From Malacoraja senta (taxonomy: Eukaryota): a stretch of 64,000 nucleotides of DNA. The notes beneath the pieces were generated by a model, which ran no database searches, was not told where the DNA came from, and saw nothing but the letters and a program-made list of their open reading frames with translations. Where the stretch lies: the NCBI GenBank assembly GCA_038087875.1, contig JAXLNO010000259.1, positions 1 to 64,000 of the forward strand, in the 5' to 3' direction. Every line of letters begins with the position of its first letter. Positions within the stretch are counted from its first letter, which is position 1. The position numbers and the translations under genes were made by a program. Shown piece after piece: positions 50,034-64,000 of the stretch.

Positions 50034-51505
50034 TCCCCCACCCCCTTCCCTCTCTACGCCAACCCGTTCCCTCTCTCCCACCGCCCCCTTATCCCTACCC
50101 CTCTGTCCCTCTTCCACCACCCCTCCTGCCCATCCCTCCCCACTCTTCCACTTGTCTCCCCCTTACCTCACCCCTCTCCCTCTCCGACCCCCAGCCCTCT
50201 CTCCCCCTCTATTCCCCCACCCTCCACTCTCTCCCCCGCCCCTTTTATAACCCTCTGTCCCTCTTCCACCACTCCAATTGTCCGTCTTGCACCACGCCCC
50301 CAACCCCTCTCCTCCTCCCTCCCTCTCCCACTCTTCCACTTCTCTCCCCCCCTCCACCTCCAACTCTGCCTCCCACTCTTTCCCCTCTCTCCCCGCACCC
50401 CGCACCCCCTTCCTCCACACTCTTCTCCCTCCCTCCAGTACCACATCTCCCTCCTCTCCTCCCTCCCTCGTCCCAACCCCCCTCCCCCACACCTCTAAGC
50501 CCCTTCCCACCACTCTCGATTCCCGTTCCTCACCCCTCTCTCCTCCCGCTCTCCATCTCCCTCTCCTCACCGTCTTCCTCTCCTCCCCTTCCCCCTCCGC
50601 TCCTCAGCCCAGCCCATCCCTCTCTTCCCCACCCCCTTCTCCCTCCACACTCTTCCCCCTCCCTCCACACTCTACTTCCTCCCGCCCCTAACCCATCTCC
50701 CTTATCCCCCCCCTTCTCTCGCCCCCTCCCCCACCTCCCCGTCCCTCTCAACCCCCACCCCTTTCCCTCTCCCCATCCCCCTTCCCTCTCTCGCCCAACC
50801 CCCTCCCCCCTCCCCCCACTCTTCCACCTCCCTTCACACACTTACCCCTCTCCCCCTACCCCATCTCCCTCCTCCCCTCCCCCCATTCCACACACCTCTC
50901 TCCCCTTCCCTCTCCCCCCCCACCGGTTCTCCACCTCTCCATCTCTCTCTCCTCACCTCTCCCTCTCCTCCCCCTCCTCCCCTCTCTCTTCAACCCCCTT
51001 CACTCTCTCCCCGCCCCCTTCCACTATTCCTACCCCTCTGTCCCTCTTCCCCCACTCCTCCTACCCCCTTCTCCTCCCTCCGCACTCTTTCACCTCTTAC
51101 CCCCTTTCCCACCCCTCTACCTCCCCACCATCTTCCTCTCCACCACCCTCTCTCCCCACCCTCTACATTCTCCCACCCCTCTTCCTCCCCACCCATCTCC
51201 CTCTCCACCACCCTCTCTCCCCTCCCTCTCCCTCCCTCCCCTCTCTCCCCATCCCTTCCTCCTACCCCTGTCTCCCTCTTCCACCACTCCCCCTACCCCT
51301 CTCCCCCTCCATCCCCACTCTTCCACTTCTCACCCCCTTCCCCCACCGCACTGCCTCCCCACCTCACTTTCCCCCCACCCTCTCTCCCCCCTCCCTCCCT
51401 CACTCCCCCTAACCCCCTTCCCCAACCCCTCTCTCCCTCTTCCGCCACCCCCCTTCCCCTCCCCCCCTCCCTCTCGCTCAACTCCACCACTCCCTCCTCC
51501 CCCCA
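50034..51505. repeat. C/T-rich polypyrimidine low-complexity tract
   Basis: About 1.47 kb of CTCTCCCC/CCACT variants with very few G. Confidence 0.95.
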
Positions 51506-51609
51506 CCTGTGTGTTTGGGGGGGTGGTTAGTGTGAGTGTGACGCCGCACCCCCCCTCCCCCGAAAACGCGCGTTGGGGAGACTGACACAACGGTCTGCAC
51601 TTGGTCTAG
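51506..51609 (+). mobile_element. Helitron-like non-autonomous 3' end
   Basis: Degenerate hairpin followed by TGCACTTGGTCTAG then T; the same motif recurs at 52138-52152. Confidence 0.65.
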
Positions 51610-53230
<1,621 letters not shown>

Positions 53231-53242
53231 TGTATGTATATA

Positions 53243-53655
53243 CTTGGCAGTGGGCAGGTGCTATGGACCTGCACGGGACGGTACACGCTCCCTCCCCCAC
53301 GAGTCTCGGGCAGATGGGGCTCGTCAGCTTGGGAAGGCAGTCCATCTAGGAGATGGAAAGCTCCACTGCCTTGTGGCCATATCCAGTCATGGAAAATGCT
53401 CCAGGAGTAAATCTCAAGAAAATACGGAACCTCTAAGGCAGTTCGTCGTTCACTACAACATCGTTCTGGCAGCTGCTGCGACGGCGCTTTTGCCAAACTG
53501 TAACGGCCCTGCTGTTCCTTTGGATCGATCAGCGACGTGGAGAGGGGGGGCGCGCTGCATGGGCAACATCCTGTCATCCATATGACATCGCCCCAGGCTT
53601 GCATCCGACCAGGATGCATCAGCAGTGGTCGGTCATGACCGAGGGGGGCAACTAA
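53243..53655 (+). mobile_element. Short non-autonomous RTE-like element
   Basis: GGAAGGCAGTCCATCTAGGAGATGGAAAGCTC resembles RTE 5' UTR motifs and GTGGTCGGTCATGACCGAGGGGGGCAAC resembles RTE 3' ends (from recall); no ORF; 3' part repeated at 58353-58493. Confidence 0.5.
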
Positions 53656-54069
53656 TGTAGATATATATAATTAAATAAATAACTATATAATTAAAGTCCA
53701 AATTTGGCACTTCCTATTAGCGCTGTATATTGATTTTAGAAAAAAAACGCTACCACTTTCGGCTGTGATTTTGGCCATCTTACTCAGAATCCCCCTCCGC
53801 TCATCACATGAAGAGGATTTTTCCCATCGATGAAAAATAAAAGAGTTATTAGTGTTTAAATAATGTTGAGATTCTCTCTCCTGTCAATCACCATCATGAA
53901 GGCCACGCCCATCCGAGGGGTGTGAGGAGGAACTATAAAACAAGGAATTCTGGACGTGGCTCTGTGCTGCGAGATGGCGAGCGAAAGGTCATAAATCTCA
54001 ATCTGAGCTGGAAATCTACAGAACACTTACTGTCTACTGATCTGTGAGCGCCCTTTATGTGTTTTAAAC

Positions 54070-55806
54070 TATGCCTTTTGCAACTGTGGCTGTTGAATTG
54101 TGCTAAAGAAAATGTGTGGCTATTGAAAAGTTGTGGCTATTGAAAATGTATGGCTATTGAAAATGTGTGGCTATTGAAAATGTGTGGCTATTTAAAATGC
54201 GTGGCTATTGAACACGTGTGGCTATTGAAAATGTTTCACTATTGAAATGTGTGGCTATTGAAATGTGCCTTTGCAACTGTGCCTTTAGCAACTGTGCCTT
54301 GCTACTGTAGCTTTTGCAACTGTCCCTTTTGCAACTGTGCCTATTGAAATGTGTGCCTATTGATATGTGTGCATATTGAAATATGTGGTTATTGAAACTG
54401 TGTAGCTATTGATAATGTGTGGCTATTGGAAATGTGTGGTTATTGCAAACATGTGGCTATGGAAAATGTGTGGCTATTGAAAATGATTGGCTATCGAAAA
54501 TGTGTGGCTATTTAAAATGTGTGGCTCTTTGAAATATGTGGCTATTGGAAATGTGCGGCTATTGAAATGTGTAGCTATTGAAATGTGTGACTATTGAAAT
54601 GTGTGGATATTGAAATGTGGATTTTTGAAATGTGTGGCTATTGAAATGTGCGCTTTGCAACTGTGCTTTTTGCAACTGTGCATTTTGCAACTGTGCCTTT
54701 GCAACTGTGCCTTTAGAAAAATGTGTCTTTTGAAAAGGTGTGCCTTTTAAAAAGGTGTGCCTATTGTAAATGTATGGCTATTGAGAATGTGTTGCTATTG
54801 GAAATGTGTGGCTATTGAAAACGTATGCCTATTGAAAATGTATGGCTATTGAAAATGTGTTGCTATTGGAAATGTGTGGCTATTGTAAATATGTGGCCTT
54901 TGATAATGTGTGGCTATTGAAAGTGATTTGCTTTCGAAAATGTGTGGCTATTGGAAATGTATGGCTATTTGAAATGTGTGACTATATGAAATGTGTGGCT
55001 ATTTGAAATGTGCGGCTAATTGAAATGTGCGGCTATTTGAAATGTCTGGCTATTTAAAATGCGTGGCTATTGAGATGTGTGGTTATTTAAATGTGTGGCT
55101 ATTAAAACGCGGGGCTATTGAAGTGTGCGGATATTGAAACGTGTGTCTGTTGAAATGTGTGGCTATTGAAATGTGTGGCTATTAAAATGGGTGGCTATTG
55201 ATATGTGTGGCTATTTGAATTGTGTGGCTATTGAAATGTGTGTCTATTTGAAGTGTGGCTATTGAAATGTGTGGCTATTGAAATATGTGGATATTGAAAT
55301 GGTGTCTATTTGAATTGTGTGTCTATTGAAGTGTGGCTATTGAAACGTGCCCTTTGCAACTGTGCCTTTTGCAACTGTGCCTTTAGAAAATGTGCCCTTT
55401 GAAAAGGTGTACCTTTTGAAAATGTGTGCCTATTGAAAATATATGGCTATTGAAAATGTGTTGCTATTGAAAAATGTGTGGTTATTGGAAATGTGGGGCT
55501 ATTAGAATTGTTTGGCTATTTTCAAATGTGTGGCTATTTGAAATGTGTGGCTATTTGAAATGTGTGGCTATTGAAATGTACGGCTATGTGAAATGTGTGG
55601 CTATTTGAAATGTGTGGCTATTCGAAATGTGTGCCTATTGAAATGTGTGGCTATTGAAATGTGTGGCTATTGAAACGTGTGTCTGTTGAAATGTGCGCCT
55701 ATTGAAATGTGCGTCTATTGAAATGTGTGGCTATCAAAATGTGTGGCTATTGAAATGTGTGCCTTTTGCAATTGTGCCTTTTGCATCTGTGCCTTTTGCA
55801 ACTGTG
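54070..55806. repeat. Compound minisatellite (TGTGTGGCTATTGAAA)n with (TGTGCCTTTTGCAAC)n blocks
   Basis: On the order of 100 degenerate 15-17-bp units. Confidence 0.95.
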
Positions 55807-56039
55807 TTTGGAAGGAATACACGGTTTATTGCGTCCGTCCGTGTTTACTGCAAAAGTCCCGCTCATTTCGTGATTTCCGCTTATTGGACAGGTCACGATG
55901 ATTGCGTCATTTCCGGTGAGTGCAGAGGTCGTGATAAACACGGAAGTGTTGCTGACTGCGGAAGGTCGACAATGGAGACCCGGCGCTCAGCCGTTTGCGT
56001 ATTCAAAAAAGAATACTGCCATATGCATGGTATGTCTAT

Positions 56040-56455
56040 GAGTGTGTCATTGTGTGTGTGGGAGTATATATGTTTGTGTAGGTCTCTGTGTGTGTCTGTC
56101 TGTGTGTGTGTCTGTCTCTGTGTGTGTCTGTGCGTGTGTCTGTCTGTGTGTGTGTGTCTGTGCGTGTGTCTGTCTGTGCATGTGTCTGTCTGTGTGTCTG
56201 TCTGTGCGCGTGTCTGTCGGTGTTTGTTTGTCTGTCTGTTCATGTGTCTGTCTGTGCGAGCGTCTGTCTCTGTGTCCGTGTCTGTGTGCTTATGTGTGTG
56301 TATGAGTGTCTGTGTGCTTATGTGTGTGTGTGTCAGTCTGTGCCTGTCTCTCTGTGCATGTTTCTGTCTGTGTGTTTGTCTGTGCGTGTGTCTGTCTGTG
56401 CGTGTGTCTGTGTGTGTATGTCTGTCTGTGTGTGTGTCTGTCTGTGTGAGTGTCT
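56040..56455. repeat. Degenerate TG/TCTG microsatellite
   Basis: Direct reading. Confidence 0.9.
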
Positions 56456-57499
56456 GAATTAACAATGTCACTCTCCATCCTAATGAAGAACTCAACCATA
56501 TTATGGTCACTCTTGCCCAAGGGTGCACGCACAACAAGACTGCTAACTAACCCTTCCTCATTACTCAATACCCAGACTAGAATAGCCTGCGCTCTCGTTG
56601 GTTCCTCTACATGTTGGTTTAGGTAACTATCCCGCATACATTCCAAGAAATCCTCTTCCTCAGCACCCCTGCCAATTTGATTCACCCAATCTATATATAG
56701 ATTGAAGTCACCCATTATAACTGTTTAGCCTTTGTTGCACGCATTTCTAATTTCCTGTTTGATGCCATCCCCAGCTTCACTACTACTGCTAGGTGGCCTG
56801 TACACAACACCCACCAGTGTTTTCTGCCCCTTAGTGTTTCGCAGCTCTACCCATACCGATTCCACATCCTCCAAGCTAATGTCCTTCCTTTCCACTGCGT
56901 TAATCTCCTCTCTAACCAGCAACGCTACCCCACCTCCTTTTCCTTTCTCTCTATCCCTCCTGAAGATTGAATATCCCTGGATGTTCAGCTCCCAGCCTTG
57001 GTCACCCTGGAGCCATGTCTCCGTGATCCCAACAATATCATAATCATTAATTGCTATCTGCACGTTCAACTCATCCACCTTATTGCGAATGCTCCTTGCA
57101 TTGAGACACAAAGCCCTGAGGCTTGTTTTTACAACGCTCTTACCCCTTATACAATTATGTTGAAAAGTGGCTCTTTTTGATTTTTGCCCTGGATTTGTCT
57201 GCCTGCCACTTTTACTTTTCACCTTGCTACCAATTGCTTCCGTCCGCATTTTACACCCCTCTGTTTCTCTGCTCACCCATTTAAGAACCCCACCACCTCT
57301 TATTCTCTGTTTATTATTGTTTTCTTCTTCCCCCCCTACATGTTGGGTCTGAGTGCTTTCCTTCTCTGCCTCCTGCCTCACACACTGTCTAATAGCATTC
57401 TCTATTTGAGTCCCTCCCCCCAACCATTCTAGTTTAAAGTCTCCCCAGTAGCCTTTGCAGATCTCCCCGCCAGGATATCGGTCCCCCTTAGGTTCAAGT
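56452..57499 (-). mobile_element. Internal CR1 fragment (ORF1 end + endonuclease)
   Basis: Nearly identical to ~33285-34330; ALCLNARSIRNK, GITETW, GKSDH; no RT or tail. Confidence 0.92.
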
Positions 57500-57519
57500 A
57501 CTCATCACTCCAAACAGTA

Positions 57520-57780
57520 CTGTGTTTGGAGTGCTGTGAGTTTGGACCTGCTACCTGCACTCTGCTTAGAGTCTGTGAGGTTGGACTTGCTGCCTGCACT
57601 CTAGTTGGATTCCTGTGAGGTTGGACGTGCTGCCTGCACGCTGCTTGGAATGCTTTGAGGTTGGACTTGCTGCCTGCACTCTGCTTGGAGTGCTGTGAGG
57701 TTGGGCCTGCTGCCTGCACACTGCTTGGAGTACTGTGAGGTTCGACTTGCAGCCTGCCCTCCGCTTCAAGTGCTGTGAGA
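57520..57780. repeat. 40-bp minisatellite, ~6.5 units
   Basis: GCTGTGAGGTTGGACTTGCTGCCTGCACTCTGCTTGGAGT variants at period 40. Confidence 0.9.
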
Positions 57781-58030
57781 ATGGATTTGGAGGGTGGCAC
57801 TGCATGATGACTTTTGAGGTAAATTCTAAGATTTTTGTGGTTAAAATTTGACCGCTCAATCTCTCAATATTTATATAATCTTTTTGTCTATCAACAGCAA
57901 AGACATCACGAGGCGGAAAGCCACTAAGAGTGCATGGTGCGGGGGAGTTTGAGGGTAGATGGACTGAATGCGTGGGAGGAGGGGAATGGCAAATACCAGA
58001 GTGGGGGTGAAGGGAGGTGGGGGTGATTGA

Positions 58031-58178
58031 GTGAACTGCCACAACACCAGCCGTGAGTGACTGACTGCCAGCCCACCAGCCATGAGTAAGTGAACTGCCA
58101 GCCCACCAGCTGTAAGCGATTGAAGTGCCAGCCCACCAGCCGTGACCTAGTGAACTGCCAGCTCGCCAGCCATGACTC
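58031..58178. repeat. ~30-bp tandem repeat, 5 units
   Basis: GTGAACTGCCAGCCCACCAGCCGTGAGTGA variants. Confidence 0.9.
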
Positions 58179-58678
58179 ACCGAACAGCATGTCCAATAAT
58201 CGATTCATCCATAATGTCCATACTAGCCGTCTGGAAACCAGTCCCTTCAGCGCACAACACCAATACTAGCGCTCCAGAGATCTACGCAAGGATAGACTTT
58301 CCTTCTTCATTGCTGTGATCTGTAAAAAAGGATGAAAATGTCTAAAATTGATTGTCCTTTGGATCGATCAGCAACGTGGCGATTGGGAACGTGCTGCATG
58401 GACAACATCCTGTCATCCTTATGACATCGCCCAGGCTTTCATCCGACCAGGCTGCATCAGCAGTGGTCGGTCATGACCGAGGGGGGCAACTAATAGAGAT
58501 ATATATAATTAAATATATATATATATATAATTAAAAGTCTAAAACCAGGCCACTTCCTATCTGCGCTGTATGATGATTTTAGAAAAAAACGATACCACTT
58601 ACGGCTGTGATTTTGGCCATCTTACTCAGAGTCCCCTCCGCTCATCAGATGAAGAGGACTTTTCCCGTCGATACAAAA

Positions 58679-61236
58679 TTTTTATTTTTTTATTTTAATT
58701 TTATTAGAAGTAAGTACAATTGTATACAATCATATTTTCATAATACCTTTTATGTACAGCTTCTTATTTAAAAAAAATTTTGAAATAAAGAAGAAAAAGA
58801 AAAAAGTTAGATAATGAAAAATAGAAAAATGTGAGATATATAGTGTGTGAAAAAGAAAAATAAAGAATGAAAAAAGAAAGTTGAGACATAGAAAATAGAA
58901 GAAAGAGAGTAAAAGAAAAGAAGAGAAGAAAATAAACTAGAAGGAGATCATTTATAATCTTGACCATCCGCAGTCATGGATTAGCTTTTACACCTGTTTT
59001 GCACTATACGTTTCCAAAAAGACGACAAATGGAGACCAACTCGTTATGAATTGGTCAAATTTATCTATTAGGAGGAATCGCATTTCCTCAAGATGTGTGG
59101 TATCCAACATACTTGCAATCCACATTTTGAGCGTTGGTATTGGTGTATTTTTCCAAAATTTCAATATTAATTTTTTTGCTATTATTAAACCATAATTAAA
59201 ATTTGACTTTTGAGATGAGCTCAATTTGTTCCCGTCTTCCATTACCCCAAATATAATCAATTCATTATTGGGGTCCATTTTTGTCTTAAATAGTTTTGTA
59301 AATATTTCGAAAATATCACTCCAAAATCCATGAAGTTTTATACAAGAAACAAAAGAGTGTGTTATAGTTGCTTCTTGGGTTAAACATTTATCGCAAATGG
59401 GCGATATATTTGGATACAATTTATTTAATCTTGTGTTTGAGTAATATAATCTATGTAAAATTTTAAATTGGATTAGATTATGTCTTGCGTTAATCGAACA
59501 CTTGTGAATGTATGTCAAATACTTTTCCCATGTAGCCTTCGTAATTGTTATCAATAATTCCCGTTCCCACTCTTCTCTAATTACCTCGGTCACAGGTAAA
59601 TCTATATTTAAGATATTATTATATAAATATGATATTAATTTTTGTGTATCAGCTTTTATATTCACTACTTCTTCTAGTAAATCAGGAGTTATTTTTTGAT
59701 ATCCCTGTATGTATGTCTTCAAAAAATTAAAAATCTGAAAATATTTAAAATAATGAGTGTTTTTCAGTTTAAATTTTAATTGTAATTGTTGAAATGATAA
59801 TAAATCTCCCATTTCATACATATCCCCGATCCTTTTAATTCCTAAACTTTCCCATTGATTATATATTGTATCCATCATAGATGGTTTAAATAAAGGAGTA
59901 TTCGCTATCGGTGTTAACAATGATAGGTTTCTTAATTTTAAGGATAATTTTATTTGTTTCCATATTCTTATTGTATCTTGTATAATTGGGTTTTTCTTAT
60001 ATATTGTATTGTTCATTTTTTTCGGGGAGAAGAGGATTGTTCCTATATTACAAGGATAACAATCCTCTTTCTCCATTTTTATCCATTCTGTCTGTTGAGT
60101 TGAACTATCCAACCAGTAAATTATATTCTTAATATGTATTGCCCAATAGTAATACAAAAAATTAGGGAGTGAAAGTCCCCCGACATCTTTTGGTTTACAT
60201 AAGTGTTCTTTTTTTAATTCTATGTGATTTGTAATCCCAAACAAAATTAGTAATATTAGTGTTCAGTTTAGAAAAAAAATATTTTGGTACATATACTGGT
60301 ATAGATTGAAATAGGTATAATAACTGTGGTAGGAAGCTCATTTTAATAGCATTTATTCTGCCTATTAATGATAAAGGGAGTGTTTTCCAAAATTTTATCA
60401 TTATATTAAGTTTATTTATTAAGTGTATAAAATTAGCATTGAATAAAGCTTTATGTTTTCTAGTAATCTGTATACCCAGATATTTGAATTTTTCTGTTGC
60501 TATTTTAAGGGGGAATTTCAATAAGTGTGTGGATTCTTGAGGTTTTAACGTCATAATTTCACTTTTGTTCCAGTTTATTCTATATCCTGAAAAGGAACCA
60601 AATTCCTCTATTAAATTTAATAAATTTGGTATGCTCGTTTGTGAATTTGTTATATATAACAAAATATCGTCTGCATACAATGAAATTTTATTATTATAGT
60701 CCCTAGTATTATAACCCTGAATATTCGGATGGCTTCTTATACTTTCAGCCAGAGGTTCTATCATAAGGGCAAATAGCAGGGGTGATAAAGCACATCCCTG
60801 CCTATTACCCCTTGATAATTGAAATTTTGAGATAACATGCTGTTAGTTAATATTCTTGCCATCGGTTTATCATATAATAATTTCACCCATGCAATAAAAT
60901 TCTCTCCCATATTAAATTTTTGTAATACTATGTATAAATACTGCCATTCTACCTGATCAAATGCTTTCTCTGCGTCCAAAGAAATAATTGCTAAGTATTT
61001 TTCTTCCTTTTTATGTGAGTACATTATATTAAACAGGCGTCTCAAATTATTAAATGAATATCTTTTGGGTATAAACCCCGTTTGATCAGGGTTTATCAAT
61101 TTACTAATATATTTGCTTAGTCTTCTAGCTAAAGTCTTTGCTAGAATTTTCTGGTCGGTATTTAAAAGTGATATAGCTCTATAAGAGCCCGGTTCCTCTA
61201 GATCTTTATCGTTCTTTGGAATAAGCGAATTAGTTG
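58679..61236 (-). mobile_element. L1-clade LINE (L1-c), 3' part, interrupted by DIRS-C
   Basis: A-rich tail; ORFs 58988-60244, 60195-60764 (LYADD), 60761-61099 (SLDAEKAFD). Confidence 0.93.
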
Positions 61237-64000
61237 ATTTTACTTCGGAGTCACGTGAGTGACTACGTGAAGAACCCCGCCAGTGCGCCTGCGCGTCATT
61301 ACGTCAGACGCCTTGACGCAAACGGACGTGAGGAGCAGTGCTCCTCGAGTGGTTTGTAGTTTTTCAACTACAAGGTAAGTAAAAACCTTTTTACAGGTTT
61401 TCGAGGTCCGTTTACTGTGGGTCTATGGTGATTTTTTCCACAGACGCCATGGGAAAAAACGGACAGGGGGAAGAGGCGAGCGACATAGCCGACAGAAGTC
61501 GGGAAAGTCGGGAGTCCGCGGTTAGAGACCAACTGCCTCTAAACCCCGGTACAGTCGCCAGCGGTGAACATAGCGACTGTGGACCTGGGGCTGGTGAAAA
61601 CACAGTCAGCGCCTGTCGGGCAAAAGACAAAGTTTAAATCCCAACGGAGGGAGTCCCAGGCAATGAAGAAGCTCCAGGGCTAGATACTGCTTTAGAGCGT
61701 ATTGCCCAAAGAGAAAGCCTTTTACACAGGCTGTTGGAGCAAAGTTCACTCAGGAAGGAGTGTTCTGAAAGCCAAGCTGCTGGAAACAGCTCAAACAGCT
61801 CCTGGTACAGGGCTAAATACTGCTTTCGAGCGTATTGCCCAAATATAAGCATTTTTCAAAAGTTGTTGGAGCAAAAGTTCACTCAGGAAGGAGTGTACTG
61901 TAATCCAAGCTGCAGGAGCAGCTTAACAGCACCTGGCTCAGGGCTGATGGAATGCACCCTCAGGAATGAGGAGCGTGCTACGGGTCATGAGATTTCAGAC
62001 CCCGACTCTGACGGTGAGGCTGTACAAGGCGATGAAAGGCAGCTGCCAGATGTTCCACCCCTGGTAGTAGGATTCGCTGCCCCGTCAGGGTCAGGAGAGC
62101 CATTAGGAAGAACTGGCCTCCTTAATAAATTACTTGGTTTACCATTAGCTGGAACAGCATGAAATGGATGAGACTGCAAGAGTATCTGGAATCAGTTGCA
62201 GAGAATATTAAAGCTGCTGGGTTCTGGAATAACTGCTTTTACCAGAATAGCAGGTAACAACCAAAAGATGACGAAGTTGCATCAGCAAGCACTGTGGTTG
62301 CTATGCAGCACCCACTTCGAGAAGCGCTATACGGTCTACTATGAATCCGAAATTCGCAGCACTCTGCAAACCAAGTAATATACAAATTACCCAACTTACT
62401 CTTTGGAGAGATCTCGGGAGACGTATTAAAGAGTTGGAAGATGAAGCGAAAACAGGATTGATGAAGACATCAATGGTTGTGAAGTCTGTAAAGAGGAAGT
62501 ATCCTTTCAGACGTCATACGGATCCTGGACCAAGTCGCTCATCAACGCAGGGACGTAGTTGGCGGCCTGCAGCGGGAGCAAGAACCAGTGGGCCTGCTTC
62601 CGGGAGAACCCAGGAATCTCAGGGTACTCAAATGATTCAAGAGGTAGGTGGACCTGGTTCTCATGGGAACATACTAACTGGATTAAGTCCAAAAGTTGGA
62701 GGCAGGTTACATTTCTTCTATAATAATTGGAAGAAAATTACTTCAGATGTGGTAATCCTGAATAATATACAAGGATTTCGAATTGAATTCAATCCAAATT
62801 ATGATTTGCCTGTTCAGCATGTTCCTAGCCGAACTCTGCACTTTGTACAAAAAGAAGTGATGGAGGTTCAGGTTGCAATTGAAACCCTATATAAAAAAGG
62901 GGTATTGAAAAATCAGTCTACCAAAGTCACCAATTTGTGTCAAATATATTCCCTCGATCAAAAAAGGATGGAGGATGTAGGATTCTTGTAGATTTGATAA
63001 ATCTGAATCCTTTTGTGCAATTTAGACATTTTAAAATGGAAACATTTGTGACTGCCAAACAGCTTATTTCAGAAGCATGTTATATGGCAACTATAGACTT
63101 GAAAGATGCATATTATTCAGTGTCTGTTCATTCAGAAGATAGGAAGTATCTTAAATTTAAATGGATGAACCAGTTGTGGCAGTTCAAAGCTCTGCCTAAT
63201 GGGTTAATATCTGCACCCAGAATATTCACAAACTTGTTAAAACCAATTCTGGGCTTGCTGAGTAGCCAGGGGCATGTACTAATGGCATATTTGGATGATG
63301 TCTTGTTTATAGGAAAGACAAAACAGTCAACAGAAGTATCTGTTGCAATTGTGAAATCAACTTTTGAAAATTTGGGGTTTCTAATTCATCCACAGAAATC
63401 TAGGTTAACACCATGTACCTCTATTAATTATTTGGGGTTCACAATTGATTCAGTCCAAATGAATATTACATTGCCCAGGGAAAAGGGTGGATTTGATTAA
63501 AGATTGCAGTAATCTCCTAAACGAGCAAAAACCTTCAATTAGACAGGTGGCTCGTGTACTGGGAAAATTAGTAGCAGCATTCCCAGCAGTCCAATTCGGA
63601 CCATTACATTATCAACAGCTGCAGAGACTTAAAGAACAGGCACCGAGAATGCATGTTGGTTATTTTGATAGAACCATGCAACTAACAACAAATGCTGTTT
63701 CTGATCTGCAGTGGTGGATTCTACATGTCTCAAGCAGTTCCAGCAAAGTGCTGATTGAACAACCTTCCATGATATTACAAACTGATGTCAGTGCACCAGG
63801 ATGGGGTGCAACTGACTTAACATCTATCTGAGGAGGCAGATGGAATCAGGAAGAGTCATTGTTACTGTAGACATGGGGAATTAACTATTTGGAGCTTCTA
63901 GGATGTTTCTATGGGCTCCAAGCTTATTGTTCTAACACAACTAATAAGCATGTTCAAGTTCAAATTGATAACACAACAGTAGTTGTTTATATTAATGATA
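61237..64000 (+). mobile_element. DIRS1-like retrotransposon (DIRS-C), same subfamily as DIRS-B, extends past the window
   Basis: Starts ATTTTACTTCGGAGTCACGTGAGTGACTACGTGAAGAA; gag fragments, RT 62937-63500 (AYLDD), RNase H up to the window edge. Confidence 0.95.

Larger units (their letters stand above)
53680..58280 (+). mobile_element. Large composite non-autonomous element, probably Helitron-like, with minisatellites and an embedded CR1 piece
   Basis: Head CTATATAATTAAAGTC...CACTTCCT repeated at ~58520-58678; three internal tandem arrays; terminal hairpin-CTAG not seen. Confidence 0.5.

Noticed and set aside
49982..51590. 476-aa Pro-rich ORF and antisense Gly-rich ORFs
   Set aside because: Artefact of a stop-poor polypyrimidine tract.
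53243..53375. Canonical HDV-like ribozyme call
   Set aside because: Could not assign P1/P1.1/P2/P3 and the J4/2 cytosine in the correct order; kept only as an open finding.
54070..58178. CRISPR-like arrays
   Set aside because: Units are contiguous degenerate tandem repeats with no unique spacers and no cas genes, in a eukaryotic context.

Overview
Eukaryotic genomic DNA, almost entirely nested transposable elements, with no recognisable host gene, tRNA, rRNA or CRISPR array. An HE1-type V-SINE and HER1/CR1-type LINEs point to a cartilaginous fish, probably a skate or ray (inference). Contents: three DIRS1-like tyrosine-recombinase retrotransposons (two with complete ITR/ICR ends, one running off the right edge), three L1-clade LINEs, several CR1 LINEs of at least three subfamilies, two Rex1/Babar fragments in a local 2.4-kb duplication, a Gypsy LTR element next to a 200-N gap, a cluster of Helitron-like non-autonomous elements with large mini/microsatellites, and two short non-autonomous retroposon-like elements. 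The most interesting signal is the DIRS set. Two copies share the same coding lesions yet sit at independent sites. The complete one has termini perfectly matching its ICR, which suggests a defective subfamily recently mobilised in trans. All three DIRS integrated at an ATT trinucleotide antisense inside LINE ORF2s, and they share a 5' hairpin plus splice-signal module. All family calls are by motif recognition, not database search; most coordinates are approximate to a few bases, and boundaries of old fragments and disrupted ORFs to tens of bases.
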